Shown here: piece by piece, positions 17,534-28,092 of the stretch
Layout: the number at the start of each line of letters is the position of its first letter
Numbering within the stretch: position 1 is the stretch's first letter
Source of the DNA: Synechococcus sp.
Lineage (GTDB): Bacteria > Cyanobacteriota > Cyanobacteriia > PCC-6307 > Cyanobiaceae
DNA: 64,000 nucleotides
NCBI GenBank assembly: GCA_047284725.1
Contig: JBJBEO010000001.1
Span: 1,144,203 to 1,208,202 of the forward strand
Reading direction: 5' to 3'
Position numbers and translations under genes: made by a program
Notes under the pieces: model-generated
Databases searched by the model: none
What the model was told of the DNA's origin: nothing
What the model saw: only the letters and a program-made list of their open reading frames with translations

Positions 17534-18556
17534 ACGGTCTCCGACTTCGGCCTGCAGTTGCTGGAGCAGCTGAACGGCACCGGCTCGGCTTTTTCCCTCC
17601 AGTTGTGCTTCTTTCACCAACACTGGGCATCCACGCGAGGCCACCACGACACCGCAGTCAGGCACCACCGCCATCACCGTTCCAGGATCAATCGCTGGGT
17701 CGGACGTTCCGCCCGGGGGCAGGCCATAGCGTTGGGCCAGTTGAGCGGCTTGTTGGCTGAGATCAACAGCAAGGCGTTGTACCAGCGGCTCAGTGGCTGT
17801 GATTTTGAGCCGTTTCCCCTTCCATGTCGTCGTTGCACCGGGGTAAAGACCCATCACCTTGCGGTGAATGGCCAGAGCTGATTGCGTCCAGTCAATCTGG
17901 AAGTCGTCTTTGGTGAGCATCCGCGCGTAGCAGCTATCGGATGTCTGCGGTTTCACGTTCAAGCGCCGAAGCCTTTCCTGCTCGGGCCCTGGACCGGCGG
18001 CTTCGATCAGGGGCATGGCCTTCACCATCAGTTCGGCTGTGAGTTGGCTCAGGCGCTCACCCAGATCGGATGCAGTGTCTTGCAGCTGAATCGGCAGGCG
18101 TTGTTCGAGAAGCACGGGGCCCGTGTCGAGTCCTTCTTCCATCGCCATCACGCCGACGCCGGTTTCGTGATCCCCTTCCAGCAGTGACCACTGAATGGGG
18201 CCTGCCCCGCGCCACCTCGGCAGCAGCGATCCGTGACCGTTCCAGCATCCCAGCGGGGGCTGCTCGAGAATGCGTTTGGGCAGGATCTGACCGAAGGCCA
18301 CCACCACGGAGACATCCGCCCCCAGTGAGGCCAGTGTCTCCTGGCAATCCAGGTCGGTTTTGATGCGCTCCGGGGTGAAGATCGGCAGATCCAGCTTGAG
18401 GGCAGCGTCCTTCACGGGTGAGGGCATCAGCCGTTTCCCCCGCCCACGTCTGCGGTCGGGCTGTGTCACCACCCCAACAATGGTGTGTCCTGCCCGTTGC
18501 AGCGCCGTCAGCGTGGGAACGGCGTAAGCAGGCGTTCCCCAGAAAAGGATGTTCAC
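17522..18556 (-). CDS. fmt: Methionyl-tRNA formyltransferase
   Basis: ILFWGTP, VVTQPDRRRGRG and HGSLLPRWRGAGPIQ. Confidence 0.97.
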   Translation of the reverse strand: MNILFWGTPAYAVPTLTALQRAGHTIVGVVTQPDRRRGRGKRLMPSPVKDAALKLDLPIFTPERIKTDLDCQETLASLGADVSVVVAFGQILPKRILEQPPLGCWNGHGSLLPRWRGAGPIQWSLLEGDHETGVGVMAMEEGLDTGPVLLEQRLPIQLQDTASDLGERLSQLTAELMVKAMPLIEAAGPGPEQERLRRLNVKPQTSDSCYARMLTKDDFQIDWTQSALAIHRKVMGLYPGATTTWKGKRLKITATEPLVQRLAVDLSQQAAQLAQRYGLPPGGTSDPAIDPGTVMAVVPDCGVVVASRGCPVLVKEAQLEGKSRAGAVQLLQQLQAEVGDRLGD

Positions 18557-18568
18557 GTCAACGCTCGT

Positions 18569-19957
18569 TCAGGCTTCTCCGGTGATCGATAAACCATCCA
18601 CCCAGACATGAGGTGACACCCCCTGATGGGTCACGATCGCATCCGATTCAAGATGCACAATCCCGTTCAGGACCTGACGGATATCGCCTGCCACCGTGGC
18701 GGCTTCTACCGAGACTTTTTCGCCACCGCGCACAATCCAGCCATCAAAAGGCAGGGAGAAGGATCCCTGGCTGGCCTTGACCCCGGCATGGAGCGCATTC
18801 AGCCCTTCGATCATCACGAAGGTGTCAGCGGTGGTGGTGTGATGGAGGTGTGAGCTGCCGCTGCTTGTGCCCTCGCTGGTGCTGACTTCAAACCAGTCGG
18901 GTCCCACCGAGACCTTGGCGCCAAGGCCGGCATGGCCCGTGGGCTCGACCCCAAAGTGCCGGGCGGTTGCTTCCGAATGCAGGAAACTCTCCAGCTCACC
19001 ATTGCGGATCAGGCAAAGACGCCGTGTGGGTGTCCCTTCCCCATCGAAGGGGGAGGCACTGACATGGCCTGGATGAAGACCGTTGTCGTGAAGGGAGAAA
19101 AAGGGAACAGCGACCTGACTGCCGATCGAATCCGCCTGGCTGAGACTGACCCCATCAAGAATGGCTCTGGCGTTCACAAGACTGCTGAACGCACCAAGCA
19201 GGTCGAGAAAGGCTTCCGGCGTGAAGCACACCAGGTAGCGGCCCGTTTCAATCGGTTGGTAGTTGAGGTGGCTGATGGTTCGCTCAGCGGCCTCATCAAT
19301 ACAGCCTTGAACATCCAGGCCTGCACTGCCGAGGGCGATGCGCACGGCGCCACCGCTGCGCGGCTTTCGGCCCGCTTCCTCTGCCCTGGCATAGAGGTAG
19401 AGGCTGGCTTGGCTGCGTTGAACCTGACGAAGGGCGCCGTCACTGTTGAGATAGATGCGCTCATTGCATCCTTCACTGAGGCCGTTGTACGGAATGGTCT
19501 CGATCGCGCTGTGACGATTGAGCAGGGACGCTTCCGCATCCTTCAGCGTGGTGAGCAAGGTCTGGATGCCTTGCTCCGGCTGGAGAGGTCGATCCAGCTC
19601 CGGAGCCGGTGCCTTGGCCAGGGGCGAAAAACCCGGAGTATCAGCAGGATTGCCGAACCGACTGGCGTCACGGGCACCGGTCAGAGCTCGCTCGAGGCCT
19701 GAAGCGGAGAGATCGGACGTGCTGGTGATTCCGACAAGCCCGTCGCTGTTCCACACGCGCACGGTGATCGAGCTGCGTTGAGACGCCTTCATCTGCTTAG
19801 CTTCACCACGGTCGACCTGCACGGAGGCGTTTGAGCTCCTGCTGGCACCGAGGTCCCAGCGTTGAATGCCCTCGCGTTGGGCGAGGTGATGCAGCTGATC
19901 GCGCAGTGCCGTCACATCGAGGGCCTGCGCCGCAGCCGGGGTGGTGGTGGTTGACAT
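18569..19957 (-). CDS. pmbA: TldE/PmbA family protein
   Basis: PFDGEGTPT motif, no HExxxH; adjacent to tldD. Confidence 0.88.
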   Translation of the reverse strand: MSTTTTPAAAQALDVTALRDQLHHLAQREGIQRWDLGASRSSNASVQVDRGEAKQMKASQRSSITVRVWNSDGLVGITSTSDLSASGLERALTGARDASRFGNPADTPGFSPLAKAPAPELDRPLQPEQGIQTLLTTLKDAEASLLNRHSAIETIPYNGLSEGCNERIYLNSDGALRQVQRSQASLYLYARAEEAGRKPRSGGAVRIALGSAGLDVQGCIDEAAERTISHLNYQPIETGRYLVCFTPEAFLDLLGAFSSLVNARAILDGVSLSQADSIGSQVAVPFFSLHDNGLHPGHVSASPFDGEGTPTRRLCLIRNGELESFLHSEATARHFGVEPTGHAGLGAKVSVGPDWFEVSTSEGTSSGSSHLHHTTTADTFVMIEGLNALHAGVKASQGSFSLPFDGWIVRGGEKVSVEAATVAGDIRQVLNGIVHLESDAIVTHQGVSPHVWVDGLSITGEA

Positions 19958-19959
19958 GA

Positions 19960-21405
19960 TCAGCGGCCTCCGACGGTGATGGAATCGACCTTGATGTGGG
20001 GTTGGCCCACAGTGACAAAAATGCTGCCGCTCACTGATCCGCAGTACCCAGCTGCCAGATCAAGATCGTTGGCACACATGGAGATTCTCGGCATCACTTC
20101 TTTGGCTTCGCCGATCAGAGTGGCTCCCTTGACGGGTTTACCGAGGCGCCCGTTCTCGATCAGGTAGCCCTCCTCGACGGAGAAGTTGAACTGACCGGTG
20201 GCGCCCACACTGCCTCCCCCCATTGACTTGCAGTAGAGCCCGTTGTCGATGGAGCTGATCAGATCATCAGGGCTGTGGGGACCAGCTGCGATGTAGGTGT
20301 TGCGCATGCGGCTTGCGGCGGCGAAGCCGTGGCTCTGACGCCGTCCACTGCCAGTGCGGGCATGGCCGGTGCGCATCTCTCCGGCACGATCACTGAGGAA
20401 CCTCTTCAGCACACCGTTCTCGATCAGCACGGTGCGTTGCGACTCCATCCCTTCGTCGTCCATGGCAATGGAGCCAAAGGCTCCGGCACTGTGACCTTCA
20501 TCGATGGCTGTGACCGCAGGATGGGCAATGCTTTGGTCCACCTTGTCCGCAAACGGGGTGGTGCCCCGTTCCACCTGGGTGGTTTCGAGGAGGTGCCCGC
20601 AGGCTTCATGGAAAATCACACCGCCAAAACGATTGGCCATCACAACGGGCATCTGGCCGCTGTCGACGTAATCGGCGTAGAGCATGGTGGCGGCACTGGC
20701 ACAGACCTCAGCGGCGGATGCATCCACGTCCCATTCGCGTAGGTCAAGGGGCCGATCGGTGGATCCGTAACGACGGCCGATGCTGGCCCGATGTTGGCCA
20801 TCGGCGGCCAGAACGCTGAGGCCGCTGGACTGGTGGAGTCTGATGTCGCGGGCGAATGTGCCATCACTGGCTGCGACCAGCACCTCCTGCCAGTCGCGGC
20901 TGTAACTGCCTCGGCGCACCTCGAGATGCGCACCGTGCTGCTGCAGACGTTGGGTTCCCGTCAGCAGTTGGGCTGTGCTGGTGGCGAGATCCGGAGACCG
21001 GGATAACCAGTCATGTTTGCCAGCCCCGAAGTCGCGAAGGGGCATCAGCCCCTCAAACCTGCCAGGGCTGCTGGTGGAGCTGCGGGCCAGATTCAACATG
21101 GCCAAGGCTTGATCAAGGGCCTGGAGAAGCCCCGCATCGCTGAGATCGTTCGTGCTCACAAAACCATCGCGTGTCCCGTGGAACACCCGCACACCAGCTC
21201 CCATGCCGAAGGCAGGGCTGACACTGGTGATCAGGTCCTGCTCAGCCAAGACCCCCAGGTGGTCTGTGCGCTCGAGGAACACTTCCACAAGGTCTGCGCC
21301 GGCTCGCGTGCCTTCACCTAACAGGCGCTCGAGTCGTTGCAGCCAGGGGGTGAAGGCAGGGTCAAAGCCTTGATCCCGTGGTTCCACTGAAGGGGATGCG
21401 ACCAA
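19960..21405 (-). CDS. tldD: TldD metalloprotease
   Basis: FHEACGH, DDEG, TGSGRRQ, RMRNTYI and GQFNF motifs. Confidence 0.92.
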   Translation of the reverse strand: MVASPSVEPRDQGFDPAFTPWLQRLERLLGEGTRAGADLVEVFLERTDHLGVLAEQDLITSVSPAFGMGAGVRVFHGTRDGFVSTNDLSDAGLLQALDQALAMLNLARSSTSSPGRFEGLMPLRDFGAGKHDWLSRSPDLATSTAQLLTGTQRLQQHGAHLEVRRGSYSRDWQEVLVAASDGTFARDIRLHQSSGLSVLAADGQHRASIGRRYGSTDRPLDLREWDVDASAAEVCASAATMLYADYVDSGQMPVVMANRFGGVIFHEACGHLLETTQVERGTTPFADKVDQSIAHPAVTAIDEGHSAGAFGSIAMDDEGMESQRTVLIENGVLKRFLSDRAGEMRTGHARTGSGRRQSHGFAAASRMRNTYIAAGPHSPDDLISSIDNGLYCKSMGGGSVGATGQFNFSVEEGYLIENGRLGKPVKGATLIGEAKEVMPRISMCANDLDLAAGYCGSVSGSIFVTVGQPHIKVDSITVGGR

Positions 21406-21481
21406 ACCGCCGACCTACTGCATGAGTTATCGATTATGGAGAATCAGGCAGCCCGATGACCGGCTCCAGGCAGGTCTCATG

Positions 21482-21521
21482 AAAAAAAGCCCTGGATCTG
21501 GATCGCGGAGATCCAGGGCTT
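21482..21521 (-). terminator. Rho-independent terminator of acsF
   Basis: AAGCCCTGGATCT/AGATCCAGGGCTT stem followed by a T-run on the minus strand. Confidence 0.8.
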
Positions 21522-21534
21522 GGATATGACTTGA

Positions 21535-22617
21535 TCAGCGCACAGCAGGTTGGTAGTTCTCGCTGCGCACAGGCGCCATCAGGAACAGTGAGGCCATCTG
21601 AAGACCGTTCGCCACAAAGTGGGGCAATTTGCGCATCAGCTTGATGGGAGCAGGGGCTCCACTGGCGTCTGCTGCCGCCAGGGCCGCGTTGTTGGAGACG
21701 AGGTTCTCCAATCCATCCCAGAACTTGGGGTTCTTGACGTCGAGCACCACTGGGAAGACCCGAGCCGAGGTCTCATTGGTTTTGTCGATGACCATGCGGT
21801 CGTATTCGCGGGCATCAAGACCAAGGGCTTCGTAGAACTCCTTCCGGGCGACGTCACGCACATACATCGTTGCGAAGACGGCGAGAAGGAAGAAACGACA
21901 CCACAGACGGGCGCTGAAGCCACGCACCGTGTCTGGTTGTGCCTTCATCAGGGCATCGAAGAAATCACCATGACGGTTCTCGTCCTGACACCAGTTCTCG
22001 AAGAAATTAAAGATCGGGAAAATCTTGCTGTCGGGATTTTTTTCGAGATGACGGAAAATCGCGATGTAGCGCCAGTAACCGATCTTTTCAGATAGATACG
22101 TTGCGTAAAAGATGAACTTCGGCTTGAAGAAGGTGTACTTCTTGTTGGCTGTCAGGAATCCAAGGTCGAGCTGTAAACCGAAGTCGCTCATGGATTTGTT
22201 GAGGAAGCCAGCATGACGGGCTTCGTCCCTTGCCATGTGCGCAAAGCACTCAGCCAGCAGCGGGTTGCGGGTTTTGATGCGACGGCTTAGTTCCTTGTAG
22301 AGGAGGAAGCCGGAGAATTCAGAGGTGCAGCTCTGTTCGAGAAACTCGACGAACACCTGACGCGTCTTGGGGTCAAGCTTCTCGGCTGCACCATCGAATT
22401 CGTCGTTGCGAACGAAGTGATGGCGGTTGTAATCCTTACGGAATTCCTCGCAGATGGCTTCAAGTTCCGCCTCATTGGGGCGAAGATCCATCGCCGCCAT
22501 CGCGTCAAAGTCGGTGGTGTAGAAGCGCGGCGTGAGGATCGTGTCCTTCACCGGGTCCTTGACGGAAACGGCTGAACCGGGGGCTGCCGCTTCACTGACG
22601 GCGGTGGGAGGCACCAT
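21535..22617 (-). CDS. acsF: Mg-protoporphyrin IX monomethyl ester oxidative cyclase
   Basis: [38 protein letters not shown] and DENRHGD di-iron motifs. Confidence 0.98.
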   Translation of the reverse strand: MVPPTAVSEAAAPGSAVSVKDPVKDTILTPRFYTTDFDAMAAMDLRPNEAELEAICEEFRKDYNRHHFVRNDEFDGAAEKLDPKTRQVFVEFLEQSCTSEFSGFLLYKELSRRIKTRNPLLAECFAHMARDEARHAGFLNKSMSDFGLQLDLGFLTANKKYTFFKPKFIFYATYLSEKIGYWRYIAIFRHLEKNPDSKIFPIFNFFENWCQDENRHGDFFDALMKAQPDTVRGFSARLWCRFFLLAVFATMYVRDVARKEFYEALGLDAREYDRMVIDKTNETSARVFPVVLDVKNPKFWDGLENLVSNNAALAAADASGAPAPIKLMRKLPHFVANGLQMASLFLMAPVRSENYQPAVR

Positions 22618-22686
22618 CTCTTTGAGAACTTCAGATGAAGCCAATGTAGGCGCCCCACCACTTGCAACGACTGCTTTGCTTAAGGC

Positions 22687-23115
22687 TCAGTTGCCTCCAA
22701 GCCACTTCTGTCCGTTCAGGCGCTGCAAGAGGCGCGATTGAAGCAGGGCAAGACTCATCCGCTTCTCATCGATCAGAAACGACTCCAGCAGGCTGGCGTC
22801 AGTGCCTGGATCCGCTAGGGCAATGGTTTTGCCGGCATTGATCGAAGCGTCGTCAAAGCAGAGCCAGAAGCGCCTGCCTGGGGGAAGTTCACCACGGATC
22901 ATCCAGCACTCCCCGCCAACCACAGGCCGTTCGCCCTGGCACAACTCCAGGCAGCTTGGACTGAGGTTGTGATTCTTCAGACCTTGTCGGACAGCTGGGA
23001 TGAGATCGTCCTGAATGAACGCTTCAAACGGCTTGTCTTCCGGCTTGGGAGGCTTCGCGGCCTTGGCTGGTTTGTCAGCAGGAGCGGAGGCGGCTGCAGC
23101 TGGAGTGTCGCTCAC
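22687..23115 (-). CDS. ndhV: NDH-1 subunit V (DUF2996)
   Basis: KPEDKPFEAFI...LESFLIDEKRMSLALL...RLNGQKWLGGN; GTG start approximate. Confidence 0.85.
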   Translation of the reverse strand: MSDTPAAAASAPADKPAKAAKPPKPEDKPFEAFIQDDLIPAVRQGLKNHNLSPSCLELCQGERPVVGGECWMIRGELPPGRRFWLCFDDASINAGKTIALADPGTDASLLESFLIDEKRMSLALLQSRLLQRLNGQKWLGGN

Positions 23116-23170
23116 TGTGATGGTGTCGCTGGCGGAACTGTAAACAGCTTTGCGTTCGCTTCCACAGCCT

Positions 23171-23698
23171 CTACCAGTCGTCGCTTGGAGGCTGATCCCA
23201 GTCATCCGTCGTGTTGGCCTTCGCCTCCATGGGGCTGCTGACGGTGTCCGCAGCGGTGGTTGGCGGTCCTGACTGTCGTCCCCGTTGAATCACCCGAAAA
23301 GGCACGGCCACGGTCGGGGCTGGATCACGGATGTCGCGTTCCGGCCAAGCTGTCGCGGTGGATGGACCCCTGTCCATCTCCTGGCGATGGGGGGTGAACG
23401 GGGCAGGCTCGCTTTCCTGTGCCCAAACGCCCGGGTCTCGACGGCCCCAGTCCATGGACCGATGCACCTGACGTCGCAGTGGTCGGTTGCCTGCCGAGGC
23501 TGAAAAGGCGGCCAGGCCACTGAACAGGGCAGCACCCGTCGATGCCAATGCGATCCATGCGCCGATGGGGAGCTTGCTGGAGCGCCAGGTGAGAAAGCGC
23601 AATGACGTCGGCTGGGTGCCATTGAGGCTTGCCACAGTCAGGGCCATCAGCAGAGGGCTGAGGCAGGGCACGAGCAGCAGCTTTTGCAGGCCGGTCAT
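23171..23698 (-). CDS. Hypothetical membrane protein
   Basis: Two hydrophobic segments, ERDIRDPAPTVAVPFRVI and an acidic DDW tail; overlaps the ubiX stop. Confidence 0.75.
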   Translation of the reverse strand: MTGLQKLLLVPCLSPLLMALTVASLNGTQPTSLRFLTWRSSKLPIGAWIALASTGAALFSGLAAFSASAGNRPLRRQVHRSMDWGRRDPGVWAQESEPAPFTPHRQEMDRGPSTATAWPERDIRDPAPTVAVPFRVIQRGRQSGPPTTAADTVSSPMEAKANTTDDWDQPPSDDW

Positions 23699-24339
23699 GG
23701 TTGGGGAGAACGCCAGCGTTGGATCGGTTTCAGGTTTTCCCCCAGGCTGTCAAATAATCGGACCACCAGAAAATCGACCATGTCGTCGAGGGTTTTGGGC
23801 TGGGTGTACCAGGCTGGAATCGGTGGGGCAATCCTGGCTCCTGCTTCTGCCAGCGTCGTGAGATTGCGCAGGTGAATCAGGTTCCAGGGCATTTCCCGAG
23901 GGGCTAACACCAAAGGGCGGCCCTCCTTGAGATGCACGTCAGCGACCCGTTCGAGCAGATCAGTCGCCACGCCGGCGGCGATTCGCCCCACGCTGCCCAT
24001 GCTGCACGGAACAATCACCATGCCCCGTGTGCGCACACTGCCGCTGGCGATGCTGGCGGCCTGATCGTTCCAGCGGTGGCATTCAAGAACACCGTGATGG
24101 CAGCGCAAACGTTCGCGCCAAAACGCGGCCTGGGCTTCCGGTTCCACAGGCACATGAACCTCAAGCTCGGCGTTCCACACTTCGTGGGCTCCACGGCTGA
24201 AGATCAGATGCACATGCCGTTGATGTTCAAGCAGCAGCTGCAAGGAGCGTTCCGCCAATTGCTGGGCTGAAGCTCCTGACACGCCCAGCACGATCGGGAG
24301 GGTGCCTTGATCGGAGCACTGGTCTGGCTGGGGCTTCAT
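23695..24339 (-). CDS. ubiX: Flavin prenyltransferase
   Basis: LGVSGAS, ASIASGS, MVIVPCSMG and RVADVHLKEGRPLVLAPREMP. Confidence 0.95.
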   Translation of the reverse strand: MKPQPDQCSDQGTLPIVLGVSGASAQQLAERSLQLLLEHQRHVHLIFSRGAHEVWNAELEVHVPVEPEAQAAFWRERLRCHHGVLECHRWNDQAASIASGSVRTRGMVIVPCSMGSVGRIAAGVATDLLERVADVHLKEGRPLVLAPREMPWNLIHLRNLTTLAEAGARIAPPIPAWYTQPKTLDDMVDFLVVRLFDSLGENLKPIQRWRSPQP

Positions 24340-24350
24340 GCTGCGCCGCC

Positions 24351-26699
24351 TCAGTTGTCGCTCACAGCAACCGGCAAGGCCTTGTCATCGTCCGCTTGCG
24401 CTGATTCGCTCACGACGATGTCGAGATCGATCTGATTGCGTAAGACGTCAACTTTCACGATGCGCACGTTGACCTGATCGCCCAACTGGAAGACACGCCG
24501 ATTGCGCCGCCCGACCAGCCGGTTCTGACGAGAGCGAAATTCATACCAATCATCATTGAGGGCACTGACGTGCACCATGCCTTCCACCATGGAGGGGGGG
24601 AGTTCGACGAAAAAGCCATAGCTCTGCACTCCGCTGATGAAGCCCACGTGCTCCTCTCCCACCATCGGCTCGGCGCTGCGGGACTGCGCCATCGCAATCA
24701 GATCCTTCTCGAGCTCTGAAACCTGGCGACGTCGATTGTTCAAACGCATGGCCTGACGTTCCTGAAAGCCATCCAGCAGCTTCTGCTCCTGAGTGGCGGT
24801 CAGAAGTGGCCAACTCACACGGCTCCCTGCTCCCTTCTGACCGAGATTGACCTTGTCTTTGTGGCGAACGGTGGGACGATCCTTGCCCTCATTCAGGAGG
24901 GCCGCCAGAACGTGCTGATTGATCAGATCACTGGCATGAAGGGTGGGGCAGCACCAAGGGGCACCGATCAGGGATTCGCCCAGTTCATGCTTGGAACCTT
25001 CCGCGCCGATGCCTCCTTCCTGGGTGCTGTCTGCATCGGTTGAAGCAAGCGCAGAGTCTGCTGCGTTGCGTTGGATGCGCAGCTGAGGGGCACTGATGGC
25101 CTGACGCATCTGCAGGTCGAGCATCCTGCGCAGCGGACTGTTCTGAAAGGCTTTGGAGAGGTCGCTGGCGGATGGGGTGCCGTCTTCGTCAAGCTCGAGA
25201 GGGAGTTCCAGCGCGACTGCCGTTTTGGCGACGTCCGTGAGCATGGATGGGTCGGCGGGCGAGGTTTCGAGCACCAGCATCGGCAGGTTCAGATCCATCG
25301 CATGTTCTGCCCAGCACAGGTCGGCGGTTCGCATCAACACCGAGAGGATGGCGTTCGGGTCCTCCACATCGAGGGGTGACAGCCATGGGTGCCTGCTGGC
25401 GTCGGGCTTGGCTGCGCGCAGATCACCCAGACTTTCAATTTCTGGACAGGGCAGGTGAAGTTCGATCATTCCCTGCGTGCAGGCCTGTTGCTGCAGGCTG
25501 CGAGCACAGAACAACAACGTCTCGATCTGACCGAGTTGATCCTTGAGGGGCTTGAGAACGGCGGGTACGGTGCGTGCCTTGGGCTTCCGGGCGGCTAAGG
25601 CTTGGAGGGCGTCGATGCTCACCGTGGCGACGGGCCGTACTTGGCTGAGCTGAAACTCAAAATCACTCACAGCGCCTTCTGCGCTGATATCCATTCGCAG
25701 AGTGATGGCGTCCTGGGTGGCGTCGACATCAAAGCGACACGCCTGGTTCAAGGTGCTGTTGAGCAACGGTTTCCAGGTGTCGCCCAGGCAGACCGCCTCG
25801 CCCTGGTCTTGGATCCACCGATCGATGCTGCTGCCGGGGTTGATGCGTTCGGCCACGCTGGGGGCATGGATCCAAACACGGGTTCCCCCCTCATGGGGCT
25901 CGACGTGGATGGCCGGCAGACCAGGGGCCTCTTGACCCGTCCAGCTGCGCAACAGCAAGGAAGCCTGGGCGGTGAGGTCGACCCTCTTTTTAGGGGCCGG
26001 AGATTTGGCGCTGCTGCGCGGTGCCGAAGCCCGTTGATGCAAATGCGCTTTGGTGATCAGCAGTTCGCGGTCACCGCTTGGACCTGCGTCAAGCGGTAGC
26101 GGACGTTCGACGTGTCCTTTGGCGTTGTACTGAGCCACCGGGAAGCGATCCACGGCCACTTCCACCACCGATGGTGCGTCGCCTGCGGGCAGGTGGCCGG
26201 CATCCTCCTCGGGAAGCTCGATCGAGGCCAGCAATCGATCGTCGAGGGGAACCGCCAGCAAGCGATCCTCCTGCCGTTCGACCTGGGCCAACAGACGGGT
26301 GGTGCTGCGTTCGAGGATGCACTGAACGCCGCCTTCCGGGGAGCGACGTCGTCCCCCTTCTCGGGTGATGCGCACCAACACCCGATCGCCGTTCCAGGCG
26401 TGGTTGAGCTGGTGATCACGGATGTAGATGTCTTCTCCACCGTCGTCACGGATGGCGAAACAAAAGCCCTTGCTGCTGCACCGCAGCCGCGCTTCGATCA
26501 AGTCCTCGTCATGGCTTCGTCTGACGTCGCCGTTCTCAAGAACGCTGACGATTCCCAGCTTGTTGAGACTGTCGAGAGCGAGGGACAGCCCTTGCTTTTC
26601 GGCGCGATTGGACAGCCGCAGGATCTTTTCGATTTTTCCCGTGTCAAGTGATCCGGTGCTTGGGAGATGGTCGAGGAGATCGGCGACCGAAAACTTCAT
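24351..26699 (-). CDS. RNase R/II family protein (cold-shock + degenerate RNB + S1)
   Basis: LRCSSKGFCFA and AWNGDRVLV cold-shock motifs, C-terminal S1 (GVQSYGFFVE...EGMVHVS); the acidic RNB catalytic motif is not recognisable. Confidence 0.88.
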   Translation of the reverse strand: MKFSVADLLDHLPSTGSLDTGKIEKILRLSNRAEKQGLSLALDSLNKLGIVSVLENGDVRRSHDEDLIEARLRCSSKGFCFAIRDDGGEDIYIRDHQLNHAWNGDRVLVRITREGGRRRSPEGGVQCILERSTTRLLAQVERQEDRLLAVPLDDRLLASIELPEEDAGHLPAGDAPSVVEVAVDRFPVAQYNAKGHVERPLPLDAGPSGDRELLITKAHLHQRASAPRSSAKSPAPKKRVDLTAQASLLLRSWTGQEAPGLPAIHVEPHEGGTRVWIHAPSVAERINPGSSIDRWIQDQGEAVCLGDTWKPLLNSTLNQACRFDVDATQDAITLRMDISAEGAVSDFEFQLSQVRPVATVSIDALQALAARKPKARTVPAVLKPLKDQLGQIETLLFCARSLQQQACTQGMIELHLPCPEIESLGDLRAAKPDASRHPWLSPLDVEDPNAILSVLMRTADLCWAEHAMDLNLPMLVLETSPADPSMLTDVAKTAVALELPLELDEDGTPSASDLSKAFQNSPLRRMLDLQMRQAISAPQLRIQRNAADSALASTDADSTQEGGIGAEGSKHELGESLIGAPWCCPTLHASDLINQHVLAALLNEGKDRPTVRHKDKVNLGQKGAGSRVSWPLLTATQEQKLLDGFQERQAMRLNNRRRQVSELEKDLIAMAQSRSAEPMVGEEHVGFISGVQSYGFFVELPPSMVEGMVHVSALNDDWYEFRSRQNRLVGRRNRRVFQLGDQVNVRIVKVDVLRNQIDLDIVVSESAQADDDKALPVAVSDN

Positions 26700-26807
26700 C
26701 GTTGAGGGAGCGTGAACCGGCCTTCAGGACCGGGGGTTTGTGGCACTGGATCAGCCCTGAACCGAAGCTCTTGGGGCCTGCAGAGGCGTTCCAGAGATTG
26801 TTTGACT

Positions 26808-27134
26808 TTAAAGGGCTGACCCTGGTCCGTTCCCGGTACCACCATCGGGTGCATCCATCGGGCTGATCATCGGCCAGAGCAGGCGCAGGCCGATGATCAA
26901 AAAGCCCACTGCAGCAAGAAGCTGCAGCACTTCCGTTGGAATCACACTTGCCATCGACCCCCCTGCGAGAGCCCCGATCAGGCTCGCCAGCACCAGGGCG
27001 CTCGAGGAGCCGAGGAAGACGGCGAGAGGACGATTCGATGTGCCGCTGATCGCGACAGTGGCGAGCTGGGTCTTGTCGCCAAGCTCGGCAAGGAAGACCG
27101 TCAGGAAGGTGGAGAGCAGAAGAGAGAAATCCAT
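26808..27134 (-). CDS. TMEM165/GDT1 (UPF0016) half-transporter
   Basis: FLAELGDKTQLAT motif. Confidence 0.92.
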   Translation of the reverse strand: MDFSLLLSTFLTVFLAELGDKTQLATVAISGTSNRPLAVFLGSSSALVLASLIGALAGGSMASVIPTEVLQLLAAVGFLIIGLRLLWPMISPMDAPDGGTGNGPGSAL

Positions 27135-27145
27135 GGATGACGGAA

Positions 27146-27508
27146 TCAGAGGGTCCTTTGCAGAAGGGATTGCAGGGCTTGAATGCCCAGCCAGACCCCC
27201 AACCCCACCATCAGCACGCCTGCCATCTGTTCCAGGCGTTCAGGGGGAAGAATGCTGGAGAGCCATTGACCCACCAGAACGCCCACCAGGCTCGAGCAGA
27301 TCAAGGCCAGTGCCGCGCCCACAAAGACAAGCCATGGCTGGCCGGATTGCGCTGAGAGCAGGAGGGTGGCCAGTTGCGTCTTGTCACCGAGTTCAGCAAC
27401 GAACACCGTGGAAAAGGTGCTGAGCATCACCGTGGTGAAGCTCAGCCCAGAGGCCTGCTCGGCGGGGGTGATGGAATCGATCCCGTTGCTGGTGTCGACC
27501 TCAGGCAT
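27146..27508 (-). CDS. TMEM165/GDT1 (UPF0016) half-transporter
   Basis: FVAELGDKTQLAT motif; tandem partner of the previous gene. Confidence 0.92.
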   Translation of the reverse strand: MPEVDTSNGIDSITPAEQASGLSFTTVMLSTFSTVFVAELGDKTQLATLLLSAQSGQPWLVFVGAALALICSSLVGVLVGQWLSSILPPERLEQMAGVLMVGLGVWLGIQALQSLLQRTL

Positions 27509-27875
27509 TGATCGGTTTCGATTGGCTCACACTGCGTTTGAACCTACGCAGTTCCCGGCTCCTGCCTCCGTAGATCGAACGAATCTGTTGGTTGCAGCAG
27601 GCGATGGCGAAGGCATCGGCGTCATCCGCTGGGACGTCGAACAGCCTCGCGAGATGACTGACCCTGCAGAAATCAGGTCGCTGGTCGTAAATCCTGCATC
27701 GCCGTCCGCCGCTGTCGTAGTGACGACACCAGCCATCCGGCCCGACCATGTCCATGTAGAGCCTGCGCTGCTCGTCACTGAGGGCCGCTAGGGCTTCCTG
27801 CCGTTCTTCCGGAGCCAGACGACAACAGGCTCCGCAATGGCTGATGCAGGTCCAGGAGTGTGTTGCCTTCGCCAT
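27501..27875 (-). CDS. YkgJ family Cys-cluster protein
   Basis: CISHCGACC...WCRHYD...CRIYDQRPDFCR. Confidence 0.88.
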   Translation of the reverse strand: MAKATHSWTCISHCGACCRLAPEERQEALAALSDEQRRLYMDMVGPDGWCRHYDSGGRRCRIYDQRPDFCRVSHLARLFDVPADDADAFAIACCNQQIRSIYGGRSRELRRFKRSVSQSKPINA

Positions 27876-27984
27876 GGCCTCAAGCTGTGACAAGCCATCA
27901 CAGTGGCAGGGCATCGTTCGGCTTTTGTTGAGGCGTGTTCCGTAATCTGATGAGATCATTGCGTCGGATCACCGCATTCACCTC

Positions 27985-28092
27985 ATGGGCATTGACTTTC
28001 ATCTGATTGCAAACTTCGCAGCACTTGCCCTGATCACGGTTGCAGGCCCTGCAGTGATCTTCATCCTCTTCTACCGCCGTGGCGCACTCTGA
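27985..28092 (+). CDS. psb30: Photosystem II reaction centre protein Psb30/Ycf12
   Basis: [35 protein letters not shown]; too short for the ORF track. Confidence 0.93.
   Translation: MGIDFHLIANFAALALITVAGPAVIFILFYRRGAL

Noticed and set aside
18569..21405. tldD/tldE as part of a RiPP cluster
   Set aside because: No precursor peptide or modifying enzymes nearby; the context (fmt, acsF) is housekeeping.
26808..27508. Tandem ELGDKT genes as a split pseudogene
   Set aside because: Paired half-size UPF0016 genes are a normal cyanobacterial arrangement; each has its own start and motif.
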